Part shown: one piece after another, positions 1 to 13,399 of the stretch
Layout: every line of letters starts with the position of its first letter
Numbering within the stretch: position 1 is the stretch's first letter
Position numbers and translations under genes: made by a program
Source: Sphyrna mokarran
Taxonomy: Eukaryota
Direction: 5' to 3'
Length of the DNA stretch: 64,000 nt
Assembly: GCA_024679065.1 (NCBI GenBank)
Contig: JAGIQG010000008.1
Coordinates: forward strand, 96,906,001 to 96,970,000
The notes under the pieces: model-generated
What the model was told of the DNA's origin: nothing
Seen by the model: only the letters and a program-made list of their open reading frames with translations
Databases searched by the model: none

Positions 1-207
1 ACAGGAGCTGTCAACAAGCCCCTCTCCTTCGTGAATACCGACGCAAAGTATTCATTCAGGATCTCCGCCATTCCCTCGGGCTCTAAGCACAGTTCCCCTC
101 CTCTGTCCCTAAGAGGTCCGATTTTTCCTCTAACCACCCTTTTATTCCTAACATAGTAGTAAAAAGCCTTTGGATTTTCCTTAATCCTATCCGCCAAAAT
201 TATTTCA
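1..207 (-). mobile_element. CR1 LINE ORF2 fragment inserted in the paralogue A intron upstream of the TM exon
   Basis: Near-identical to 29956-30162 of the long minus-strand CR1; absent at the homologous site in paralogue B (~43811). Confidence 0.9.
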
Positions 208-1108
208 GGATTTGTGATCATGGCTAATGTGGTTGTTAACTTGCAACCTTTGTTTTGGAATTTATTATTTGTGTGGACATGTCAGTAATTGAAGTTTGAA
301 ATGATCACCTTATTCCTTGCTCTACTATTCCATGTGTTTCTCCCTTTATTTCGATCTCAATCTTTTGGTTTTCCTCATCCAGCTCTTTAAAGGATTTGTA
401 TCACCCTGACACAGATCCCTAGTTCATACACAACAAGTTTACATATCACTGTTTGATGAAAAGGGAATGTCAAAGGCAGGTATGCAATTACACTGCATAG
501 ACTCTGAACTTCGTACTGGAGTTGATCACTAAACACTGATTATGGTTAGAGTTCGACCAGCGTCCTTGCTCCTCCTTATCTGATAAAAGATAGAAATTTT
601 AAAATTTTGTTGGAAGGGGGAGGGGCTGCTGAAGAATTCTTAAATAGGCAGAGCAAACAGCTGCTCTACACATTGTAAGGACATTTTTCATAGTGGGTCC
701 TTCAACAAGCATTAGACTCCTAAGCAACAAATCCAAAGGACCTGGTGCCTGTTATAGCAATCTCGACTAAAAAGTTTGTTTCAGACTAAATGTGCCAGAG
801 CAGTGTGCATTTCACATGGATATGTGGGTTGGAATTTTACTGTCCTGCCCACCACGGAAATCAGTGCAGGCAAGAGGCATTCCATGGAAAGATGCATTGA
901 CTTCAGGCAGGATTTTACGGCTTCAGGATGAGCAAGGCTGTAAAATCCTGCACATAATGTATACCAATTTCCTGACCTCTTTTTCAAGTAAATAATCAGA
1001 TCTGATTGATAGAATGGGGCATATACGTCTTCTAATGATTATATACAAATTGTGCAATTATTTATTGTCAAGTTTTCTGAGATTGATTTATAATTTATAC
1101 TTTAACAG

Positions 1109-1207
1109 AACATATACCGAAAGGAGCAATCATCGGAGGGATCTGTGGCTTTGCTGTATTATGTGTAGTGTGTTTAGGAGTTTATTGCTGGATCAAAAAA
1201 TGTAAAG
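1109..1207 (+). CDS. Paralogue A transmembrane exon, B7-H6/NCR3LG1-like (EHIPKGAIIGGICGFAVLCVVCLGVYCWIKKCK)
   Basis: tttaacag acceptor, G|gtacag donor, 99 nt phase 1-1; hydrophobic stretch followed by basic residues; near-identical to 44717-44815. Confidence 0.88.
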
Positions 1208-3670
1208 GTACAGTCCTTTTCATTTCCAAAAAGAAGAACTATAAATGCTAAAATAAGAATTACCTGGATTTTGGATTTTTAAAGTCACTTTGCTTAAAGA
1301 AGTTGACTATCTGTTGTTAATGTACTCAGCTACAGAAAGGTAATGATTTCTTGGCAAGTAATCGCAATTATTGAATTGCTTTGTTTCTCTAACATTGGTT
1401 TCAGTTAACATTGGCCGGTCTCAGTATGATAATTCCTGGTTTCCTGTTACTCTTTTCATCACAAATGACAGAGTCATTATGGCACAGAAGGCGGTCATTC
1501 CCCTATCAAATCCTGGCTGGCTGTCTGTAGAGCAACCCAATCAGTCTCCTTTGCCTGCTCTATGTCTGTGGCTCTGCATGTTTATTCCCATTTGCCCATT
1601 CAATTCCCTTTTCAAATCATTTATTACCCTCATTGCGGGTTATTATGACCCGCTGTGTCAAATAACTGTCCTTCACTTTCCCTCTTCGATTCTTGGCTCA
1701 ATCTTAAATGTGTCAGCCAGCTCTTGTAGCATCAGCCTTTATTAAATCTATGTGGAGTGGGTGGGTGTCATTTTCAGCTCACATCCATCATCAGACATAA
1801 TGGTGACAAGGATGGAAAACTTTGAGAATTGGGAAACATGATTCACTCCAAAGAGATCACATTTCCCAATTTTCTACATCCCTCGCCAGTGACGTCACGA
1901 GGTTAACTCCACGATAGGATGAGAACCTCATTTTAATGGCTTTAAATAAATTTTATTACAATTACCCAGCCCCCAACATGATTCTATCCTCACAATATTC
2001 AAACTTTGCTGACATGACATCACATCAGCAAGATTTACAAGAGCTTTTCAAAAATTGAGAGTCAGTCGACTCAGAAGTAAGTATAAACCTTTGGAGGAAA
2101 GGGCATGACCTGGCACTTCCCCATGGCACTGCTTCCTGACTCAGATCACAACTTTCCTCCAAATTGACACTGACTGACTTTCTGATTCCATGGGTATTCT
2201 TGAACAGTGATGGGATTTCCTGTCCACAGAACAGGTTGGTGGAGAGTACATCCCTGTTTTGTAGGGCAGCTCCTCTGTTATTCAGTGCTCTGAGGAGATC
2301 GGTCTGTCTTTGAGAAGTCTTGGCCATCTCATGTAACTACGGAATCTCCTATAATACGTTGCTGTCCCTGCATCGCACCCCCCTGACCCCCAAACCACCC
2401 CCCCTGCCCCCGACCCCCCTCTCCATCCCAGTTGTCACCCAATTGCAATCCTTTGTCCATTGATGCCATGAGCTGGAAAGCACTCTTTCAGGGTGTTGTC
2501 AAACGTTAGTCTTCAATAATAAGTACCAGCCTCAGAGTGGCAGACACCCTGAAGACATCTGCACTGCTGTCTCTTCCTACTCTTCTGGCTTGTTGCACAT
2601 CCAGTATCCTGACCTGCCTATGAGGTAGCCACCTGTTGGAACTTACAATCCAGGAAACTCCTTGATGTTGTGGAGTGACTTCAGATATCCTTCAACAATT
2701 CCTCTCTCCCATAACATTTTTTCACTTCCCTAATGTGGTCCTCCCAATAACAAATTTGTAAGTGGGAAATAATCCAGAGATTATAATCTTTGAGATGTTT
2801 TCCTTCAATTAGTTCTGGGACCCTGATAGTTTCCAAATAGAATTTCGCTCCCACGCTTTACCATGTTGTTCATCCTGACATGGATGGAAATGATAGGATC
2901 CATCTGTTCATTTCCAAAATCATTTCATGCCAGTTTGAAATGTTCCTCACCCTCACACAGCTTAGAAAACAATCCATGTAAGACTCCTGATCCTGCTTAC
3001 AAACAGCGCTATCTTTCCTCTTAATTACTGAATCTCCTACAAATACCACACTAATCTTCTTCTCTTCCCTCGACTTTTGACAGCCTGCTGCTCCAATGAT
3101 GCCATTATTCATATTCTGTCTATCTCTGAATATCCACGCTGGTAACAGGTATATTGTGTGTGTTACATAGGATCAATTTCTAGGTTTCTATTTAACCTAT
3201 GCTCCCTTTGAGCTGCACACAGCTGGTCACAGCAAGCCTATTCTGAACTTGTACTTCTTTATAAGATGTTACCAAAGTCTTAAGTGGCCAGAAACTGTTT
3301 CCATCCTTGTGTGTCAGAGCACTTTCACTTCACAATCTGGCTCAATGATTCTGACCCAGAACAATTTGAAATAGCAACAACCACCTGACATATATATGTC
3401 TGGGGCTATCTCACAGTCCAGAACCACTAACCTTCTGCAGTCCAGACAAAAATCCTGCTTGCTATAACTTTTTTATAATCATCAGGATGGGTTCAGTTTC
3501 ATTTTACCTGAACAATGGAAGAGTTGAGACAAATGTTTCATTCGAGTGGTATCATAAATTCTTAATTAAACGACAATCTGTAATGGCATTGTTAAAAAAT
3601 TCTCACATTCAGGATCAGCTGAGATAGTTTGTGTGCTTGTTAATATATTTTGATTACATTGTTCTTTCAG

Positions 3671-3727
3671 AACCAAGCAATCGAGAGGAAAGTGAAGATG
3701 AAAGAAGCAAAGCTCCTCTTGTAACAG
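3671..3727 (+). CDS. Paralogue A cytoplasmic micro-exon (EPSNREESEDERSKAPLVT), single copy
   Basis: ttctttcag acceptor, G|gtaaat donor, 57 nt phase 1-1; homologous to the 7 micro-exons of paralogue B. Confidence 0.82.
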
Positions 3728-6141
3728 GTAAATACTTATGCTGAGTACACAGTTTCTGTTCTCAGCAATTTAACCTGAATTTAGACATTTATTTAACAAC
3801 AATTAGAAGTTCGACAATATCAGGATGAATTTTCGTGAATTATCGAGGCCTTTTAAAAAGCTGGTTCACATCACTGAAGAGATTCTTGGGCAGTGACTGA
3901 AATGCAGACATTATGGAAATTATTGCAGAAATATGCACATCAACATCCTAAAACCAATAAATAAAATGAATAGGGCACTCAGTAGAACCTCCACCACACG
4001 TGTTAACTCATCATTATTACAATCACCTCGTGCTATTTCCCTGTTTGGTTGATGTCCTGCAAGGACAGAGCAGAAAGATAAATCTTTTTATTCGGAGCTT
4101 CCATCTCACGGAGGAGACTTCAGGCCAATTCGCATTCAACAATCTGTTCTGAAATCACAGCTCACATTTTGACAGCTGCGACAAATTTCACCACAGCAGC
4201 TGAATGAATTCATAACATTGAGAAGGTCAATTTGCCCTATCTCCCAATGATTATGGCTCCATTAAAAAAAACAGGATCTAGATCCAGATCAATATTTTCA
4301 CCAAAAACTAATCATCTCTTTCTTGGGACATCTCCTGCTGTGCACCAAGTTTCGCTGAAATCAGGCCATTCAGTTTTGAGATATGGTTTGGCAATTTTGA
4401 ACCCCACACTCTCCATCTGCGGGAATGGTGGTGCATGTTCAAAATGCCAAGAGCGCAATTTGTGCTATCCAGTTTCCGAGTGCCGAACTTTCCAGCTTCT
4501 TGTCAGTGGAGTGGCATGAAACATGTGGTGGAATGGTAGTACGCTCATTTTAACATATTAGTATGTCATTAGCAAACACTTTCTCCAGATCTTTCCCCTC
4601 ATCTGATATGCTAGCTCCATTTATAACAGGTTCATCCAGACATGAACCTGTCATGGGATTCTTCCTGGAGCATAATGGTGAGCGTAGACAGAGGACAGAG
4701 ACATGGCAGAGCAGTGGTCCAGCCCTTTAGCACAGATTGGCGCTGCCAGGTTGACATCATGCACACATCAACCTGGCCATGCCAAACAGTGCCAGGTGTC
4801 AGCCCCATTCCAAACGTCAAGAGGATTTATTCACATTTGGTTATGGACCAGAGATGGATTGAGGAGCAGGGTGTGCCAGTGATGGCTCTCGGTTGGATGG
4901 GTATTGGCTCCTTAATTTCTTTTGGCAGAGTGCCGTAAGATCTATAGAGAAAATCAAACGGTTTCTTTGGAGAGTAACACACTAGTTTTGTCACCCGGAG
5001 CAACATTTTGCCATTTTGATAAGATTCTTCCCATTATTTTCAAATATACAAATGGACTAACAAATGAGTAATAACATTACCTCCTACACCTTCACTGTGA
5101 TAGGTTATTCTGGGTTTTTTTGTTTGGCATTGGTTGAGAGCGAAGAGCAGTTTAGTATAAGCAGAGTGTCAAGGGATTATTTTTTAACATTTATCTGAGC
5201 AATCAAATAATCCTTAAATTACCAAATCTTTTAGAAATTGCCACCATTAACTTTTATCGCAATCACCTTGGATTCTGTACTTAAGCCATAGAATGGAGTT
5301 CAAACCCATAACATTATGAATTAAAGCCAAGATTGCTGCCAACTGAACTAATTGAATCGTGGAGGGCTGTGTGTACAGGTCTTCGTGACAGCATTCTGTC
5401 AAATATTAACAATGGTTAATACATTCCATTTGCCATTGGGCTTCTGATTAGCAAATTATCAAATGTTCTCACTATATAAAACAAAATATTATCCAAATGA
5501 CTTCAATTTAGCAGAGATTTGCCTGTAAGTACATCGTAAATATTGTGATTCTCATAAGGGCTCTGGATCTGAACTGGCAGTTCACTAATCCTGCTTTAGT
5601 TACAAAGCTGCCATAATGTAAGTAACATCAAATCACTCACTCGCAGAGACTCAAACTATGATAGAGTGGTCCCTGTAAGGCGACGGATATAAGTGTGTTA
5701 TAGGACTCTACTGGAGCAATGGGGAAGTGCATGAACAGACACCCATTGGGTGTTGGAGTGTGGGTCCTGTTAAGAGGAAACCTTTAGTGTGAGCCCAGCA
5801 GTTGGTGAAACTAGACCTGTACCTGCATTGAGATTATTGCATGTAGTTTTATTCTTTCCTTCAATAAACCACTGTTGTGATTCGAAATTTCCTGGTCATG
5901 ATATCTTATTCTAAAACACAAACAGTGGCCCATTAGCTTGTTAATATCAAGATGCAACCAAGAAGAAATCAGTTTGAGCAAATCAGTGAAACAGCTGCTG
6001 CTGAAAACCAATTAATCCGCTCATCGAATTTTTAAATAAACATTCCTGTCAGTTCAGTTTCTAGTTTGTATCTAAATAAGAATATGCAGGAGAGAATCAC
6101 AATATAAGAGTTCATATCACAATAATGTTTTTGTTTTGTAG

Positions 6142-6564
6142 TTCCTCCTATAATTAGTGATATCAAGAAACCACATGAAATTAGTGATGGTGAGGAAACC
6201 ATTCTGCATTGGGACGTTACTGTGTTCAGACCAGAGGTGATGAACATTGTTACATCTGTGAAAAGGAAAGGGCAGCAGGAAGCAAAGAAATTATTTCACT
6301 GGAAAATTTCAGCAGAGATGCTATCAGGACCAAAGAGAATAACTACTCCCATCAAAAATGTATTGAATGGCAAGAAAGACGATTCCTTCAGTGCTGACAC
6401 GCCAGAATTGCAACGCAAACCTGACAGATCTTTCTGCATTCCCTGCTCCATTACATTGTGTCCTGATGTATCCAAGGATGATGGTGCTGAATTAATCATT
6501 GAAGTTAAACGGGATGCCAGTGAGGAAACGTGGACGAAAAGCACAGTATTGAAGATCACAGCAG
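6142..6564 (+). CDS. Paralogue A exon encoding a degenerate C1-set Ig-like domain lacking the canonical cysteines, predicted cytoplasmic
   Basis: ttttgtag acceptor, G|gtaatt donor, 423 nt open, phase 1-1; VPPIISDI...TILHWDVTVFRP...PDRSFCIPCSITL...ELIIEVKR...STVLKIT follows C1 strand order. Confidence 0.8.
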
Positions 6565-6787
6565 GTAATTTCTGTACGTTGTATATCACAAATACTGATA
6601 CGATTATGAAAACGTGAATATAAAAAGAAATAAAGAGAGCTTGAAATGCTATTGCCTTTCAATATTATGATGAAATTTAGCAAATCCTACATAGATATGA
6701 TTAATCAAACATCAGTGTAATAATTTGGTCAGAAGTTATTTACTGGTTCAGATCAGCACTGTCAAAGAGGACTTGAGAACAGGAGCA

Positions 6788-7322
6788 GTACAGGGCCTTA
6801 GTGAGACTGCACCTGGAGTATTGTTTTGCAGTTTGGGACTTTATCTAAGAAAGGATACATCTCCTTAGAGGGTGTTCGGTGAAGCCTCACCAGACTGATT
6901 CCTGCAGTTGCAAGATTGTCATACAGAGAGAGATTGGTTCGACTGGGCCCTTATACACTGGAGTTTAGAAGAATGAGAGTGAAACTAATTGAAACGTATA
7001 AAACTCTTAACAAGGTTGGACAGCGTGGATGCAGAGATATGGTTTCTTCAGGCTGGGTCACAATCTCAGTATATAGGGCAAGCCATTTAGGACTGAAACA
7101 TGTGAATTCTCGACCACAGAAGGTTGTGGAGACCAATTCGCTAAATGTTTTTAAAAAGGAAATGGATAGATTTCCACATTCTAAAGGAGTCAAGGGGATA
7201 CTTGGAGAAAGTGACAATATGTCGTTGAGATAGAGGATCAGCCATAGCCATGTTGAATGATGGAGCAGGCAAAAAGGGCCAAATGGCCTTTATCTGCTCC
7301 CATTTTCTATGTTTCTGTTCCT
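6788..7322 (+). mobile_element. Degenerate CR1 LINE 3' fragment
   Basis: LSYRERL..LG.YTLEFRRMR..LIETYK motif; ttctatgtttct tail. Confidence 0.85.
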
Positions 7323-7638
7323 GAATCACTGAGTTGAAACTTCTTTTGCAACATTATCACTTGGAATTCTGCAGCCATTCACACCCTACCATCCCTGCAA
7401 GCATGGACAGAGAATCTGGCAGTCAGCTAAGTCTCTCTTTATTGCAGTAAAACCTGAGATTCCTGCCGATGTAAAGGGCTGGAAAATTCCAGCTCCCGTC
7501 AACACTCTGTGGGAAATATTGTTGGTTCTCAAATATGTCCACGCAACATGTGTGGCACGGTGATTATTACAGAAAGCACTATCAGTTAAAAGAATTAATG
7601 GCTACACAATTAATTAATTACAGTAATTAACTGTAATT

Positions 7639-7972
7639 GGGCAGCATGATAGCACAGTGGTTAGCACTGCTGCTGCATAGCTCCATGGGCCTTGATTCAT
7701 TCCTGGCTTGGATCACTATCTGTGTGGAGTTTGCACATTCTCCCTGTGTCTGTGTGGGTTTCCTCTGGGTACTCCAGTTTTCTTCCACAGTCGAAAGATG
7801 TATAGGTTAGGTTGATTGGCCATGCTAAAATTGCCCCTTGGTGAGTTGAGATGTGTAGGTTAGAGGGATTAGGGGGTAAATATGTAGAGATATGGGGGTA
7901 GGGCCTGGATAGGATTATGGTCAGTGCAGACTCTATGGCCAAATGGTCTCTTTCTGCACTGTAAGGTTTCTA
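7639..7972 (+). mobile_element. tRNA-derived V-SINE (HE1-like)
   Basis: A-box-like head gcacagtggttagcactgctg; V-core tgtgtggagtttgcacattctccc; LINE-type tail. Confidence 0.85.
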
Positions 7973-8737
7973 ACATTTGCCAAAAGCACAAAAATACGTT
8001 AATAGATACTAATTTCTACAAGTAATTCTTGGCTTCTACTGGTGTTCTCTGTTTGTAATTTACATTTGTTATGCTGCCTCTGAACTGACCATTGATAACC
8101 AGGTAGTTATTAATGACATAGATTGCAGCAATCCTGAATCCTGCAGTCACCCCAGAATCCTTAACAAATACAGACCCAAAATGAGATGGACAATCTTATT
8201 AACTAACAAAATTTATGCACTCAAGCCTGCTCTGTCATTTAATAAGATCTGTCTAATCTGGTAACACTCTCAAATCTTCATTGCACCCACCTACTCCTGA
8301 TAATCTATCACCACCTTGCTTACCAAGAATCTATCTGGTTAAATATATTCTTTTTATCTCTACGTTGGGTTGAGGATGATTTGCTTGTACACTAAAAATT
8401 CATTCTCAGGTGACTATGAAGTTCTATGGTCTCAGTAACAGGTGGAACATATAATGGTTGGAGGATCTGGTGATTGGAAGTGTATGGATTTCCAGATGCT
8501 CCTTTCACTGTCAACACTTGGCTTTCACTTGTTCTTGGCAATGGAACTTAAGGTGTTCAATTCCTTCCTAAATGCTTTTTGTCCATATCAGGTGTTCTTG
8601 GGTCACGGATTCCCAGGTCAACGGGAATGTTGTAGTTTTTCAAACAGCGTACCTTCAAAATATATTCAAAGAATATGCTTCCCCCACCTTTTTAGAAAGA
8701 GTTCCAAAGACTCTCAATCCAACGAAAAAAAAAAATC

Positions 8738-9146
8738 TTTTTCGAGAGTATCCTAGTGCTTCACGTTGTTAGTGTATGCTTGACCTGGACCATTTGATGG
8801 GCAACACGACAGCTCAGTGACTATTGCTGTGCTGTTCAGATACATGGATTTGGGCCTGTGTCTGTGGGAGTTTGCGCATTCTCCCCGTGCTTGCGTGGGT
8901 TTTCTCTGGGTGCTCCGGTTTCCTCCCACATCCCAAAGATGTGCTCTTAGGCTAATTGGCAAAACAAATTCTTCCTAATTTGTCTCAAATTTGGTTTTTT
9001 AATCCATAGATCTTTAAACATAGACAGGGATCATGGGTAGAGGTGGGAACACTGGGGAGGCAGTGCGGGCTCGTTGGGCCGAAGGGCCTGTTTCCCATGC
9101 TGTTTTGTTCTTCTTTGTTCTTCTTCTTCTTCTTTGTTCTTTGTTC
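8738..9146 (+). mobile_element. 5'-truncated copy of the CR1 3' UTR that contains a V-SINE core
   Basis: Matches 35530-35897; ends in a (TTCTTTG/TTC)n tail. Confidence 0.85.
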
Positions 9147-9882
9147 TGAGAGAAAAGATTTCATCTCATCTCCATTTTAAATGGGCAATCCCTTTAAAAC
9201 AGTGACCTGAGCTCTCGCACAAAAGGAAACATCTTCTCCATATCCATCCTGTCAAAGCCCCTCCTCATTTTATGTGTTTCATGATATGTATGATTCATAA
9301 ATGAAACTGTAGTGGATTCAACATAACATTAATCTGAATGGAAGTTCATCACCATCAGGATGTTCCACAATGTGTCTACTGGTCAGGTATAGTGAAGTCA
9401 TGACATCCTTTCTCCACTTGTATCATTCCCTGTTCCCTTGCTTTGCTGTCTGTGGAAATTGTTCCTGATTGTCATGGACATTCTTGTAATTTGACAAAGA
9501 AAACCTGAGATAAATGCAGCCAAGCTAACTATCAGTCAAGGACTCCAATGCTTTGAGTACTTCCTCTCTCTTTATGATTATTCCATCCAATATCTCACAA
9601 TGTTCTTCCTGGACTGCTAAACCTGCATGACCTCTTTCCTTTGTAAATATGGAGACAAGGGCCTGGTTGTGCCAAAAATTCGAGCGCAAAATCGTGGTAA
9701 ATTCGGGCTTGGGTCTTTAATGCAATCTGCACCTGAATCCGAGCAGATTGCAGCTTTACCGACATGATTCAGATATGGACCAGTCCATGCCTGGATTGTG
9801 CAGCCCAATGATTTAAATGCATTAGCATGCATTTGAATCGACTTATTGAACCACGCGCCCAATTCTACCGTCAAATCCCAGT

Positions 9883-10449
9883 CCATCTTAAGGCCAGAAA
9901 CGAGAAAGTTTGCTGGAGATTGCATAATGTTTGGCTCTATTTGCTACTTGTCAGAGTCTGAGACAGTCTGTTTCCATATATTTGATTTATTATTGTCACA
10001 TGTCTTCACATACTTTGACTCTGTCTGCACTTCACACTTCCTTGGCAAAGCAGGCATCATAATTAAGGACCCCACATACCCCAGACGTTCTCTCTTCCAC
10101 CTTCTTCTGTCAGGAAAAAGATACAAAAGTCTGAGATCATGTACCAACCTTCTGAAGAACAGCTTTTTCCCTGCTGCCGTCAGACTTTTGAATGAACCTA
10201 CCTTGCATTAAGCTGATCTCTACATTCCAGCTATGATTGTAACACTACATTCTGTACTCTTTCATTTCCTTCTCTATGAACAGTATGCTTTGTCCACAAG
10301 AAACAATACTTTTCACTGTATGTGAAGGCATGTGACAATAATAAATCAGATCAAATACATGGAAACAGACTGTCTCAGACTCTGACAAGTAGCAGAGCCA
10401 AACATTATGCAATTTTCAGCAAACATTTCCGTTTCTGGCCTTATGATGG
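9883..10449. repeat. ~130-bp inverted repeat (9883-10013 / 10318-10449) flanking a Rex1/Babar LINE 3' end
   Basis: The two arms are reverse complements with few mismatches or indels. Confidence 0.9.
10019..10357 (+). mobile_element. Rex1/Babar-like LINE 3' end
   Basis: IIKDPTYP..SLFHLL.SGKRYKSLR..T..LKNSFFPAAVRLLN C-terminal motif; aataataaatcagatcaaat tail. Confidence 0.75.
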
Positions 10450-10519
10450 AGGCGAGGTTATTGGGATTAGGAAGTGCCTGTGAAATTCCTGCAGTGATCA
10501 TCAAGGTTGAGTTAAATAG

Positions 10520-10865
10520 CTTCCAACATGCAGAACCATTTTCCATTGTGCCAGATTAGACTAACCAGTTGAAGAGTTTTCTCTCCGATTCCCACTGACA
10601 CCAGTTTTAACAAAGTTCCTTGATACCACACTCTGTCAAGTGCTGCCTTAATGTTAAGGACAGTCATTCTCACCTCATCTCTTGATATGAATTTTTTTTT
10701 ACTCATGTTTGGACTGAGGCTGGAATGAGATCAGGAGCTGAGGGTCTTGGCAGAAGTCAAACTGTCAGTGAGCAGTTCATTGCTGTGTAAGTGTTGCTTC
10801 CATCACTTAGCTGATGATCGAGAGCACACTGATGAGAATTGGATTTGTCCTGTTTTTTGTGAACT
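10520..10865 (-). mobile_element. Old LINE (CR1/L2-like) RT fragment
   Basis: LNIKAALDRVWYQG resembles the RT motif LDxxKAFDxVxH. Confidence 0.65.
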
Positions 10866-10871
10866 GTGCTC

Positions 10872-12849
10872 CTAAAGGCAGGAACTTATGGAAAGTGATT
10901 GGGAACAGTTGTTCGAGGGTAAGTCCACGCTAGACATGTGGGACTCTTTCAAGGGAATACTGAAAATGTTGCAAGATAGATATGTGCCGGCTAAGAGGAA
11001 AGATGGGAAAAGTAGGATTAGAGAGCCGTGGATTACTAGGGATATTGAGGACTTGGTTAGGAGGAAAAGAGAGGCATATGAGAGGTCAAAGCAGATGGGA
11101 ACGGAGACAGCATTAGAGGAGTATGGAGAGAGTAGGAGGGAGCTCAAACTGGAGTTAGAAGGGCAAAAAGGGGGCATGAAATGATTTTTAGGATAGGATG
11201 AAGGAAAATCCAAAGGCTTTTTACTCCTATGTTAGGAATAAAAGGGTGGTTAGAGGAAAAATCGGACCTCTTAGGGACAGAGGAGGGGAATTGTGCTTAG
11301 AGCCCGGGGGAATGGCGGAGATCCTGAATGAATACTTTGCATCGGTATTCAGAAAGGTATTCACAAAGGAGAGGGGCTTGTTGACAGCTCCTGTCTATGA
11401 GGAAGCTATGGACCAGTTGAGAGAAATATCCATACCAAGGGAGGAAGTGTTAGAGCTTCTGGGTAGCATTAAAACTGATAAATCTTCAGAACCTGATGGC
11501 ATTTATCCCAGGCTGCTTAGGGAGGTGCGAGGTGAAATTGCTGGGCCTCTGACGCAAATCTTTGTCTCTTCTTTGAACACAGGTGAGGTCCCAGAGGACT
11601 GGAGAATAGCTAATGTTGTACCGTTGTTTAAAAAGGGTAGTAGGAATAACCCTAGAAATTATAGGTCAGTGAGTTTGATGTCAATGGTAGAGAAGCTGTT
11701 GTAGGGGATTCTTAGAGATAGGATGTATAGGCACTTAGAGTGTTGCGATCTGATTAGGGATACGCAGCGTGGATTTGTTAAGGGGAGATCGTGCCTTACA
11801 AATCTGGTAGAATTTTTTGAGGAAGTGACGAAAATGGTGAATGAAGGGCAAGCTGTTGATGTCGTCTATATGGATTTTAGTAAGGTGTTTAACAAAGTCC
11901 CTCATGGGAGGTTAGTTGAGAAGGTCAGGGCTCATGGGATACAAGGACAGGTAGCTAGATGGATAAGTAACTGGCTTGGTAATAGGAGACAGAGAGTAAT
12001 AGTGGAAGGGTGTTTTTCTAGCTGGAGGTTCGTCACTAGTGGTGTGCCGCTCGGTACTGGGACCTCTTCTATTTGTAATATATATAAATGATTTGGAAGA
12101 GGGAGTAAGTGGAGTGATCAGCAAGTTTGCAGATGATACAAAGATGGCTGGATTTGCGGATAGTGAGGAGCATTGTCAGGCGATGCAGCAGGACATAGAT
12201 AGGCTGGTAGCTTGGGCAGATAGATGGCAGATGGAATTCAATCCTGAAAAATGTGAGGTGATGCATTTTGGGAGAAAGAATGTAGCGGGGAGGTATATGA
12301 TAAAGGGTAGACCTATTAAGAAACGCAGAGGGACCTGGGGGTGCAGGTGAACAAGTCTCTGAAGGTGGCAGAGCAAGTGGAGAAGGTTGTGAAGAAAGCA
12401 TATAGTATGCTAGCCTTTATAGGAAGGGTATAGAGTACAAGAGCTGGCCTTTAATGTTGCAGTTGTATAAAACGCTGGTTAGACCTCATTTGGAATACTG
12501 CGTCCAGTTCTGGTCGCCTTACTACCGGAAGGACGTGGAGACTCTGGAGAGAGTGCAGAGGAGGTTTACCAGGATGCTGCCTGGTATGGAAGGTCTGAGT
12601 TACGAGGAGAGGTTAGGCAAATTGGGACTGTTTTCCTTAGAAAGACGTAGACTTAGAGGAGATCTAATAGAGGTGTACAAGATTATGAGGGGTATAGATG
12701 GAGTAAACAGGGTTAAGCTTTTTCCTAGGATGGACTCGAATAGCACAAGGGGTCACGGGCTTAGGGTGAGGGGGGTAAGGTATAATTTGGATGCTAGAGG
12801 GAGTTTTTTCACACAGAGGGTGTTGGGGGTATGGAATGCGCTGTCAAGT
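10872..12849 (+). mobile_element. CR1 LINE ORF2 fragment with frameshifts, truncated at both ends
   Basis: KENPKAFY, DWRIANVVPLFKKG, YMDFSK, KFADDTK and VRPHLEYCVQFW motifs. Confidence 0.95.
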
Positions 12850-13023
12850 ACTCTTCAGAGTAATAGGAACATCTATTGATGGATGAAAAACATTGAACTG
12901 AAAATGTCTATTATTTGCAAATTGGCCAAAACAATTATCTCTGTCCCTCCTGCTCCATTATAAAATGAGTTCACACTGCCCTGTAATTTTGTGTTCACTT
13001 TGAAACAACAAATGCCTCTTCAG

Positions 13024-13101
13024 GCAGTCCAAGCAGTTCTCTGATTGAAACGGGAATACCACAGAATCAAAATGAAGTAACAAGAAATCAGGATACTAAA
13101 G
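13024..13101 (+). CDS. Paralogue A cytoplasmic exon (GSPSSSLIETGIPQNQNEVTRNQDTK)
   Basis: cctcttcag acceptor, AAG|gtgagt consensus donor, 78 nt open, phase 1-1. Confidence 0.62.
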
Positions 13102-13399
13102 GTGAGTTGATGTTCAAATCCAGGAAATCAGTACGTATTTGATGAAATGCTGCAAGACACAATATTCAACATATTTGTATCAGATAAAGCAGCTTTTGTT
13201 AAGTGTAGAAATTGATTGAATTTTCTGATTTGAACACCAGGCATCATTCCAACTGAAATGAGAGCCACGATTCTCCCAAAAATGCTGAACTGGTTGGAAA
13301 ATTGTTCTAAATCCTGTTTTGTCAATTCAGCTTTTCTTCCAAATTTCTGCGCTGTATGGACTGTAGAGGCTCCAGTTGTGATTATCATTAAAAACCTGG

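Noticed and set aside
2870-3112. Minus-strand ORF with a VGDS esterase-like motif, also in array units such as 46496-46690
   Set aside because: Decayed CR1 ORF1 remnant with stops and frameshifts, not a host gene
5674-5920. Short LTR-like segment with AATAAA
   Set aside because: No TSD or homologue in the window
7639-7720. tRNA-like sequences at SINE heads
   Set aside because: They continue into V-core and LINE tails, so they are SINE promoters rather than tRNA genes
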